Source: a virus. Taken from it: a stretch of 64,000 nt of DNA. The position numbers and the translations under genes were made by a program. The notes under the pieces were generated by a model, which did no database searches, was not told the origin of the DNA, and saw nothing but the letters and a program-made list of their open reading frames with translations. The DNA is taken from positions 1 to 64,000 of IMG/VR virus record IMGVR_UViG_3300036829_000104; one strand, written 5' to 3'. This document shows, piece after piece, positions 32,219-40,580 of this stretch (position 1 is its first letter; each line of letters opens with the position of its first letter).

Positions 32219-32560
32219 TCACTGCCGAGCATGATGCGCCGTCTTCAGTTCGGCAAGCTCCCGCTCGACAGCCAGTAGCCGCTCGCTGAGGTTTTCCACT
32301 CTCGCGGCGATACCCGCGTCGGACGGGGGCGGCTTGCGCACGAACGTGCCCATGCCGTGAATCGTCTCGGCGATGCCGAGATCCCGCAGCACGCCGAGCG
32401 CCTTGTCGATCGTGCCCTTGGATGCCCCGTAGTGCTTCTCCAGCTCGGCATACGTGGGCATCTGCGCGTCCACGGGCCATTCACCGCCGTCGATGCGCTT
32501 GCGCAGATCGTCGGCGATATGCCGGTACACGGCCGGGTTCCTGCCTCCTCGCTGCACCAT
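32219..32560 (-). CDS. GntR-family regulator (KorSA/TraR-like)
   Basis: YRHIADDLRKRI...MPTYAELEKHYGASKGTIDKAL...GMGTFV. Confidence 0.92.
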   Translation of the reverse strand: MVQRGGRNPAVYRHIADDLRKRIDGGEWPVDAQMPTYAELEKHYGASKGTIDKALGVLRDLGIAETIHGMGTFVRKPPPSDAGIAARVENLSERLLAVERELAELKTAHHARQ

Positions 32561-32615
32561 AAGGCACAGCGTAGAGGGCGGAACTTAATTAGGAAACCCA
32601 GGGGTGAGTTATCCC

Positions 32616-32656
32616 TTGACTCTCCTATGACAGTCATGGCAGACTCAAGACTGTCA
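32616..32656 (+). promoter_or_regulatory. Transfer-operon promoter with an inverted-repeat operator
   Basis: TTGACT -35 at 32616; TGACAGTC (32628) ... GACTGTCA (32649). Confidence 0.55.
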
Positions 32657-32688
32657 AGGCGCTGCGGACGCTACCGCAGCAGGAGAGC

Positions 32689-32970
32689 GTGAGGACGGTA
32701 CGCATGCTTGAGACCCCCGTCAGCGAGTGGGTTGACCTCGGCTACATGGCCGACAAGACCGGCTTCGACGAGGTGACGCTGCGGCGCCTGATCGACTCCG
32801 GGGATCTCCCGGCAATGCAGGTCGCAGGCGCGACGCGCACTTCCCACAAGATCCCGCGCCGCCTGGTCGACGAGGCTTACGCCGCGGTGATGGCCGGCGC
32901 ACAGGTTGAGCTCCGCGCATTCGCCCGCAAGTGGGCCCAGCGCAACTCCGCATCCAAGGCGGTGGCATAG
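32689..32970 (+). CDS. Excisionase-like HTH protein
   Basis: MADKTGFDEVTLRRLIDSGDLPA...KIPR. Confidence 0.7.
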   Translation: MRTVRMLETPVSEWVDLGYMADKTGFDEVTLRRLIDSGDLPAMQVAGATRTSHKIPRRLVDEAYAAVMAGAQVELRAFARKWAQRNSASKAVA

Positions 32971-33881
32971 ATGACCGCCGACCTCGACATCTGCCCGTCC
33001 TGCTGGCGCGAGCACCCGGACTCCGAGCCGTGCACGAGCCTCGCGCAGCGGGCCGCAGACAACACCGCGCTCCTCGCCCGCGAGGCCGCTGAGCGGCTGA
33101 CAGCGGAGGCATGTGACTGACATGGCCCGTTCCGCTGCAACCCCCCGAACCGAAGGAGCGCCATGCGCGCTGACCCCAAGCCCCCGGACCCGGAGGACTG
33201 TGTCCTCTGCAACGTCCGGGGTGCCGGCTGCCCGTTCCACGGGCGCGGCTCCCGCTGACCCGGAAATGACGAACGCCCCGCAGTGGTGGTGCACCCGGGG
33301 CGCTCTGAGCTATCCCAACCGCCTGGAAAGGAACTCTGATGCGCAACCTAGCACGCCTGTCACTCCTGCGCCCCCTGACTCGCCGGCGCGCCGTCCGGAC
33401 GCTGACCGCCGAGGCGATCGCCGCCGCGGAGCAATCCGGCTACAACCGGGCGAAGGCCGAGATGGCGTCGTCGTCATGACACCCGCCTCCGTCACGCAGA
33501 TCAACACCAGGCAGGACATGTCCCGCTGGACCCGCGACCACGCCGACAAGCCCGGCATCAACTGGTCCACCGAGGCTGGCCCCGGCGGAACGATGATCAT
33601 CGTCGAGCACGAGGCGGACCGCACGACCGCGGGAACCGGGGTGCCGGCATGAGCACGCGCAAGCGCACCAGCGGGCCGGACTTCATGGAGACCATGGCCC
33701 ACGGGAACGACATCAACGCGATCCGCATGGCCGCCCTCGACATAGCCCGCGACCTGTACGGGCCGAACGCCCGGCTGGCGATCGAGGACACCGGGACCAT
33801 CCAGAAGGCGGTCGCGACGCACAAGGGCCGCTTCTGTGCCCACGTGACGGTCCGCTGCCTCGACTACCCGGCGGAGGAGCT

Positions 33882-34370
33882 GTGAGCGCGAACCGCACAA
33901 GCCTCCAGTTCAGCCCCGGCGCCGCAGGCCCGGTGCTGCGGGAAGACCTGTCGTGGCAGGACGGGGCGGCCTGCCAGTACACCGACCCCGAGATTTTCTT
34001 CATCGAGAAGGGCGGCAGCCCGGCGCCCGCGAAGCGCGTCTGCCGAGGCTGTGACATCCGCGTGACCTGCCTGCAGTGGGCGCTCGACACCCGGGAGCGG
34101 TTCGGGATCCTCGGCGGCATGTCAGAGCAGCAGCGGCGCGGCATTCTCCGGCTCGGCCTCACCGCGGCCGAGGCGATCGCGGAGGACGGCAGCCGGCGCC
34201 TGCGGAATGCGGCGCAGGAAGCCGCACGGCAGGACCAGCGCAATGAACGGGACCGTCAGCAGCGCGCCGGGGCGCGCGCGATGGCCGCCGGCTCGGGTAC
34301 CCCGGCGCCTCAGCTCAGAGACGAGGGCGGCCAGTTCCTCGCTCAGGTATCAGCGGCAAAAGCCGCGTAA
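33882..34370 (+). CDS. whiB: WhiB-family transcription factor
   Basis: WQDGAAC..DPEIFF..AKRVCRGC....CLQWAL....GILGG: four Cys plus G(I/V)xGG. Confidence 0.95.
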   Translation: MSANRTSLQFSPGAAGPVLREDLSWQDGAACQYTDPEIFFIEKGGSPAPAKRVCRGCDIRVTCLQWALDTRERFGILGGMSEQQRRGILRLGLTAAEAIAEDGSRRLRNAAQEAARQDQRNERDRQQRAGARAMAAGSGTPAPQLRDEGGQFLAQVSAAKAA

Positions 34371-34384
34371 CGAAAGGAAACCCT

Positions 34385-34928
34385 GTGAAAACCTTTATCG
34401 GCGTCGTCGTGATCGTGGTCGACGCCATCGTGGTGAAGGCGCTGATGATCGCCCAGCATGCCCCGCACGCCGGCAACAAGGTGGCGGAAGCCGCAGTCGT
34501 TCTCTTCGTCGCCAACGTGGTGATCTTCTGGCAGCTCAGCAAGGCGAAGAAGGCCACAACCCCGTTCGGCGGTTCCCGGTGAAGGCGACCGCCCCGCCGG
34601 AGCGCGTGAACTGGCCGTCGGTCGTCGCCGTGTTCGTCGCGCTGCTGATCCTCATCGCGGGGGTCGCGGGGATGGTCGGCTTCGTCCACGCCCATAACTG
34701 GCTTGGCGTCGCCGACATCATCGGCTCGTGGCTGCTGGCGATCGGCGTGGGATTGGTCGCCGAGCGGATCACGCGCCCCCGCGCGAGGGGGCAGCGGTGA
34801 CACGCGAACTCGTGCTCGCCGCCGCGCACACCGCCGCCGCGCACCAGTCGAACATCCCCAGCTGGATCGCCCTCATCGGGGGCGCACTCCTCATCGCGCT
34901 GATCATCCGCGGGAAGAAGAGGAGCTGA
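34385..34928 (+). CDS. Three small membrane proteins (34385-34582, 34579-34800, 34797-34928), Spd-like
   Basis: Each has 1-2 hydrophobic helices; GTGA-coupled. Confidence 0.65.
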
Positions 34929-34934
34929 CCGCTG

Positions 34935-35483
34935 ATGCGCAGGTACCGCTACCCGTACCGCCGCAGCGACGTCAGCCCGCGGGCGGTTGCCGTGGTGCTG
35001 GGCGCGGTCGTGGTGCTGGCGGCGGTGCACGCGCACTCGCCGGCCGGGACCGGCGGCACGCACGCCGGGAAACGGCATGCGGCCTCCCCGTCCCGGGAAG
35101 CCCGGACCGCGGTCGCCTACGCCGAATCCAAGGTCGGCCGGGTGCCGTACGTGTGGGGCGGCGTCACCAACGCCGGGATGGACTGCTCGGGCCTGACGTG
35201 GAACGCGTGGGGCGATGCCGGGGTGCACATCGCCCGCACCTCCCAGGACCAGTGGGCGACCGAGCACCGGGTCTCCAGCCCCGCAGCCGGGGACCTGGTG
35301 TTCTTCGCCGGCGTGGACGGAACCGCCGAGGCCCCCGGGCACGTGGGGATCGTCACCAACCCGTCCCGGCACCTGATGATCGACGCCTACGGCGCCGGAA
35401 CTTACGTCCGCTCCGACACCTACGGACTCGCGTCCTCGGCACCGGGGCTGTCCGCCGTCATCGGCTACACCAGCCCCGCATAA
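34935..35483 (+). CDS. NlpC/P60 peptidoglycan endopeptidase with signal anchor
   Basis: PYVWGG..GMDCSGLT, GDLVFF, GHVGI. Confidence 0.92.
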   Translation: MRRYRYPYRRSDVSPRAVAVVLGAVVVLAAVHAHSPAGTGGTHAGKRHAASPSREARTAVAYAESKVGRVPYVWGGVTNAGMDCSGLTWNAWGDAGVHIARTSQDQWATEHRVSSPAAGDLVFFAGVDGTAEAPGHVGIVTNPSRHLMIDAYGAGTYVRSDTYGLASSAPGLSAVIGYTSPA

Positions 35484-35519
35484 CCCCCATCCGCCACCAC
35501 TCCCGAAGGAGAGCACATC

Positions 35520-36030
35520 ATGTTCCTCGTCAAGGCGGCTGTCATCGTCGCCATCGGCCTGTTCGTCGCGGCCTACGGGGCCGACCACGTCGCCGCCGCG
35601 ATGAACATCCCGGTTAACAGCGCCCCGATCACCGTGCTTGCGGTCGCAATCGAGGTCGTGTTCAACGTCGCCGTCTACCTGGTCCTGCGTCGCCGCGACG
35701 CCAGGTCCTGACCAGGTTCATCGTGCTGAGGGGCCGCAGCGAATGAGCACCCGCGCCGCGCTGATCTCCGGGACCGTCCTGTCGGTCGCCGTCACCTGCG
35801 CATGGTCGTGGACGGCGGACGCGCTCGCGGGGCCGATTCCGGATCCGCACCTCGGGACTGGGCTGCGCGCGGATTACGCGCAGCTCGCCGACTCGGCCGC
35901 AGGCGGCCCCGGGATCGCGCTGTTCGCCACGATCGCCGCGATCTACACGCTGTGCCTGTTCGTCTCCGGACTGCGGCGGATCCGCCGGGAGCAGGCCGCG
36001 CGGGAGCAGATGGCGGGTGATCGCCGGTGA
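35520..36030 (+). CDS. Two membrane proteins (35520-35711, 35743-36030)
   Basis: Two TM helices each. Confidence 0.65.
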
Positions 36031-36557
36031 GGCGCTACACGACCCATTCCCGGTCGGGCGGCTCGGACTCGGGCGTGACCGCTGTCCTGGTGATCGCCGG
36101 GATCATTGCGGTCGCCGGCGCCGGCAAGGGAGCCGCGGCAGTCGTGACACACCACCACCACTCGGCGCACGTCACCGCCGCCGCGGTCACGTCCGGCAGC
36201 GAGCGGGCGTTCATCCGCGCGGTCCTCGCCGACCTCGGCGCCCCGGTCAACTCGGCGAACACGGCATCGCTGGCCGGATGGTTCACCCGCGAGTTCCCGG
36301 CGTGGCCGCCGTACGCAGCCGAGAACCCTATGTCGTCCACCCAGCGGATGCCCGGCAGCACCACCTACAACAGCGTCGGCGTCCAGAACTACCCGACAGC
36401 CTCCGAGGGCGCGCATGCAACTGCGATAACCCTCGCGAACGGCTACTACCCGCGCGTCGTCGCCGCCCTGCGCTCTGGCCGGGGCCTGTGCGGCAACCCC
36501 TCTATCGCCGGCGAACTACTCACCTGGTCCGGCAACGGCTATTCGGAGGTGTGCTGA
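36027..36557 (+). CDS. Secreted lysozyme-like cell-wall enzyme (putative)
   Basis: N-terminal TM; WFTRE...NPMSST...GVQNY....GAHATAITL.NGYY pattern. Confidence 0.5.
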   Translation: MRRYTTHSRSGGSDSGVTAVLVIAGIIAVAGAGKGAAAVVTHHHHSAHVTAAAVTSGSERAFIRAVLADLGAPVNSANTASLAGWFTREFPAWPPYAAENPMSSTQRMPGSTTYNSVGVQNYPTASEGAHATAITLANGYYPRVVAALRSGRGLCGNPSIAGELLTWSGNGYSEVC

Positions 36558-36560
36558 TTT

Positions 36561-38114
36561 ATGACCGTGACACCGTTCCCTGCACGGCAGCACGCCGACC
36601 GGACGGCTCCGGCGGCGAGTGACTACGCCTCGTACCGAGACCTGTCTGACGACGCGTACCGGGCTCTCCCGGACCACGCCATGCTCAGCGTGTCGGCCGA
36701 GTTCTCCGACGTGCCGCACGCGATCGGCTACGCGGACAGCCCCGCCGGACTGCTGCCTATCATCCGCGGGATCCCGGCCTCGTACCCGGCAGCGACCGAG
36801 GCGGATCTGGCATGGCTGGAAGACGGGATCCAGCACGAGGCGCAGCATGCCGCCGCGGCCACTGTGCTGGGATGCTCCAGCCGCTTCTGCATCACCATGA
36901 CACCGCTCCCGGGCGGCGGCGTGCACGCCAGGCCGTGTTGCTCATGGGTGTCTCGCCGGCCGCTCAGCAAACTCGCCATCGCGTCGATTGCCGCCGCGCC
37001 CTCAGACCCGTCACCGGACGACCTCGCGGACTTGCGCCGCATGGGATACCGCGACGCGGACGACGTGGCCGAGCGCATCCGCAGGTTCAACCGCCGCGCC
37101 CGGTACCCGTTGCCACTGCCGGCCGGCGCGCAAAACGGCTATCGAGGCGGAGCACGCGGCTGGAGGCGCCGAGTTCCTCACCTGATCCGGCGACGACTAT
37201 TCGGAGGTCTAACCATGTCAACCACTGAGAACAGAATCCCTGAGCTGCGGGTGCGCCGCGGGGTAAGCCACGCGGTCACCTCGGCCGGGCTCATCCTCGG
37301 CACGTTCATAGCGGTCCTGGCCATGACGAACGGGCTGCGGCTGCGCCTCGGCGGTATGCCCGAGCTTCCCGGCGTCGTCTTCGGCGCGCTGCTCGTGTGG
37401 GCGCTGTTCGTGGCCGCGGCGTTCCTGCTGGCCGAGATGACCCGCCGCCATCACAAGACGGCGGCCCGGTATGCGGCGCGGCAGGGGAGCCGCGGCGCGT
37501 CCGCTGGCGGCCAGGCCCTCCGCAGGCAGGCGCTGGTGCTCTTTGAGATCGGCGTCGCGTGGGCCGGGCCCCGGTGGCATACCCGGACGACCAGAACCCG
37601 CAGCGCGCCGGATGATGTCACGCCGGCAGCGCCCGTAAGCCCCTCCGCGGACAACGCGGAGGTCAGTCAACCCGAAGGAGAAGACATGACGACACCACTA
37701 TCCGGACGCGGCCGTGTCAGCCGCATCGCCCCTGACCGGCGGGCGCGGCGCGTCGCATCCCGCACCGGCGGCCCGATCTCGACACTGTGGGCCGCACTGG
37801 AACGCCGCGCCTTGGACTTCGACCCTGAAGGCGAAGGCGATTACCTCGACTATCTGAATGAGGACACCGTCGGCATCTCCGCCCTAGCGGAGGCAAATGT
37901 CGAAGTGTACGGAGGCATGACCAACGACAAGGGAGCCGACCCGCAGGCCGTGGCCGCGTTCCACGACTACGCCGACGCCTTGGTGCACGCCGCCGAGATG
38001 GCCACCGCCGCTAAGAAGGCGTGGACCGAGCGCTACGAACTGCCGCGCGAGTCCGCCGCCGAAGGCGTCCAGATGACGCACGACGGCCGGTTCATCACCG
38101 GCGAAGGCGACTAG
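36561..38114 (+). CDS. Multi-part ORF: HExxH metallopeptidase-like, membrane segment (internal start 37215), TraA-like helical protein (internal start 37686)
   Basis: HEAQH; GGAGG and GAAGGAG RBS before in-frame ATGs; directly upstream of traB. Confidence 0.6.
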   Translation: MTVTPFPARQHADRTAPAASDYASYRDLSDDAYRALPDHAMLSVSAEFSDVPHAIGYADSPAGLLPIIRGIPASYPAATEADLAWLEDGIQHEAQHAAAATVLGCSSRFCITMTPLPGGGVHARPCCSWVSRRPLSKLAIASIAAAPSDPSPDDLADLRRMGYRDADDVAERIRRFNRRARYPLPLPAGAQNGYRGGARGWRRRVPHLIRRRLFGGLTMSTTENRIPELRVRRGVSHAVTSAGLILGTFIAVLAMTNGLRLRLGGMPELPGVVFGALLVWALFVAAAFLLAEMTRRHHKTAARYAARQGSRGASAGGQALRRQALVLFEIGVAWAGPRWHTRTTRTRSAPDDVTPAAPVSPSADNAEVSQPEGEDMTTPLSGRGRVSRIAPDRRARRVASRTGGPISTLWAALERRALDFDPEGEGDYLDYLNEDTVGISALAEANVEVYGGMTNDKGADPQAVAAFHDYADALVHAAEMATAAKKAWTERYELPRESAAEGVQMTHDGRFITGEGD

Positions 38115-38188
38115 CCCTCACCCACCGTTCCCCGCCGCCGTGCGCTTGCCCGGCGGCGGGGACCTGACCAGAAGCGGAAGGAAGTCCA

Positions 38189-40450
38189 GTGGCCATAAAG
38201 GCGCCGGAGCGATGGGCACCGGAGCGGCCGTGCCAGATCCCCGGGCACCCGCACGACGACGGAGACGACGCGCGTGTGCTGGTCAGGGAGTCGCCGTGGC
38301 AGCGGATGCTGTCATGGCTCCAGGTCGCGCCCGCCGAGCGGCTGCCGCTGCCCGCATTCGTGACTGCGTGGCCCGTCACGGAGATCATGCACGCAGCCGG
38401 CGTCCCCGGCTACGTCCCGGGCTGCGCGACATGCGCCGCCGCCGTCGCGGCGTGGCTGACCTGGTACCGGCATGGGAAGCGATCAGAGCATCCCCGGCTC
38501 GCCGCCATGGAGGCCGCCGCCGTCGCTGCCGCTGCCGGCGGATGGATCACCGCCGCCGACATATGGGGACCGCTCGGCTGGCCCGTCCACATGCTCAGCC
38601 TCATCTACCTCGCCGGATCCGCCGGCGGGTACTGGTGGCTGCGGAGCCACGAGGCTGTCCGCGCCGCCCGCCAGCGCCGCGACGACGCCGCCGCCGCGAT
38701 CGCCGACAGGCGCCGCTGGCATCAGGTCCTGCACCGGGCCGGGCTCGGCGGCTGGCACGTGCAGTGGCGCCGCGACACCAACCTCGGCGAGGAGCGGCTG
38801 ATCACCACCAGCCCGGAGAACGCGTCCGCCAAGCAGATCGCCGCGAACAGCAGCAGGATCGCGGAGAAGCTGGAGCACATCCTCGGCCTGCCCTACAACC
38901 GGGTCGACATCACCACGACCGGCCTTCCGGGCGAGCTGATCATCGGCATCCGCACCGTCGACGTGTCCTCGCGGAGCGCCGCCTACCATCCGTTCACGCT
39001 GCCGTGGCCTGAGTCTAAGCCGTCACCGTTCGCGGACTGGTTCCCCCAGACCGCCAGTATCCGCGACCCGGCCGTCTGGGGATTCTCGCCCGAGGACAGT
39101 TCCCCCCTGGCCGCCCAGCTGCTGTCCGACATCGGCGGCCGAGTCGTCGGCGTGTTCGGCATGACCGGCTCCGGCAAGTCGAACCTGCTCAACGACCTCC
39201 GCGAGTTCGTCACCCGCTGCCCTGACGCCCGCATGGTGCAGCTGAACGGCGCGCACATGGGTGACGAGCTGACCTGGCAGCCGCTGTCCGCGCTGACGCG
39301 ATGCGGCTCGGTCCAGACCAACGAGAACGTCCGCAACGACATCGCCGAGATCCTGGAGGCGCTGTGCCTGCTCGTAACCGAGCGGTCAGCCACCCTCGCG
39401 GAGACCGGGCATTCCACGTTCCAGCCCACCCCGGACAACCCGGCCGTCGTCATCTTCATCGACGAGGTCGACGAGATCGTCAAGTATGTTCCCGGCGCCG
39501 GGGAGAAGCTGGAGTTCCTCGCCAGCAAGCAGCGCAAGAGCGCGGTGTGCCTGATTCTCTCGACTCAGCGTGCCGTGATCAAGGCGATCGGCGGCGGTGC
39601 CGTGCGGGCGAACATGAGCGAGGCCATCGTCGGCGTGGTCGCGCGGGGCTCTGAATCCCGCCACGCCACCGGCGCTGAGAGCGAGATGCCGGACATCCGC
39701 GAGTACAGCGGCGGCGCCCCCGGGTATTTCCAGACATTTGACCCGCATTCAAACTCCATCACCGGCCGGGGCCGGACGTTCCTCCTCGGCGTGCCCCCCG
39801 AGGAACTGGCCTATATCAAGCGTCTCGTCGCGGCCCGCCGGGACCTGCGGGACTGGGGCATCCCCGACATGCCGGAGATGGACCTGGATGGCGGTGAGGC
39901 GGTTGGTGAAGCCGCCGCGGGCGAGACGACGCGGGAAGTTACGGGCCTGCGCGAACGGCTCGCCGCCGCCCGCGACAACGCCGCGGCACAGCCCGCGCCT
40001 GCAGCGCCTGCAGCGGCGAAGCCCGAGACTCCTGCGCCTGCTGCCGCGTCCCCGTTCGTTCTAGGCGTTCCCCCCGCTGCCGTGGCGCAGCTCATGCGGA
40101 TGATGGGCGACGAAGGGCGGGTGTCTGCCGCGTCAGCCGGGCTCGCCCTCGGAGCGTCGAAGACCGTCGCCTTCGAGTACCTGGCCGCGATGCGCGATCG
40201 TGGCCTGGTTGAGCTTGACCGGCGCGGCCGGGCATCCGGCTGGCACCTCGCGCGCCCCACCGCTCCGGAACCAGCCAGCAAGGATGCCCCCGCCGAGGCG
40301 GATGACAGCACGCCCGCGGACAGGCCGGACGGATACCAGACCCTGGCGGATCTCGCGAGCGCGGTACGCGACGGGCTCGTAGACGTTGACGACGAGACGC
40401 GCGAGGTTCTCGCGCGGGCGTGGGCACTCGAACATGGTGACGAGCAATGA
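38189..40450 (+). CDS. traB: TraB/FtsK-SpoIIIE conjugative DNA translocase
   Basis: N-terminal TMs, GMTGSGKS Walker A, VIFIDEVDE Walker B, STQR, C-terminal winged helix (GASKTVAFEYLAAMRDRGLV). Confidence 0.85.
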   Translation: MAIKAPERWAPERPCQIPGHPHDDGDDARVLVRESPWQRMLSWLQVAPAERLPLPAFVTAWPVTEIMHAAGVPGYVPGCATCAAAVAAWLTWYRHGKRSEHPRLAAMEAAAVAAAAGGWITAADIWGPLGWPVHMLSLIYLAGSAGGYWWLRSHEAVRAARQRRDDAAAAIADRRRWHQVLHRAGLGGWHVQWRRDTNLGEERLITTSPENASAKQIAANSSRIAEKLEHILGLPYNRVDITTTGLPGELIIGIRTVDVSSRSAAYHPFTLPWPESKPSPFADWFPQTASIRDPAVWGFSPEDSSPLAAQLLSDIGGRVVGVFGMTGSGKSNLLNDLREFVTRCPDARMVQLNGAHMGDELTWQPLSALTRCGSVQTNENVRNDIAEILEALCLLVTERSATLAETGHSTFQPTPDNPAVVIFIDEVDEIVKYVPGAGEKLEFLASKQRKSAVCLILSTQRAVIKAIGGGAVRANMSEAIVGVVARGSESRHATGAESEMPDIREYSGGAPGYFQTFDPHSNSITGRGRTFLLGVPPEELAYIKRLVAARRDLRDWGIPDMPEMDLDGGEAVGEAAAGETTREVTGLRERLAAARDNAAAQPAPAAPAAAKPETPAPAAASPFVLGVPPAAVAQLMRMMGDEGRVSAASAGLALGASKTVAFEYLAAMRDRGLVELDRRGRASGWHLARPTAPEPASKDAPAEADDSTPADRPDGYQTLADLASAVRDGLVDVDDETREVLARAWALEHGDEQ

Positions 40451-40475
40451 GGAGGGGACGCACGCGAGGCGTGTA

Positions 40476-40558
40476 TTCGTTCGCAGACCTTTGTATGGGC
40501 TGGTCAGAACGTTCCCGAACGGTTCGGCGCCGATTCCGCGAACGAACCCGCGAACGAA
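40476..40558. repeat. Candidate clt (TraB-binding) locus
   Basis: CCGCGAACGAA at 40536 and 40548, inverted TTCGTTCGC at 40476, palindromes GAACGTTC and CCGAACGGTTCGG; intergenic right after traB. Confidence 0.5.
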
Positions 40559-40580
40559 ACGCACGTGACAGGAGGGACGC

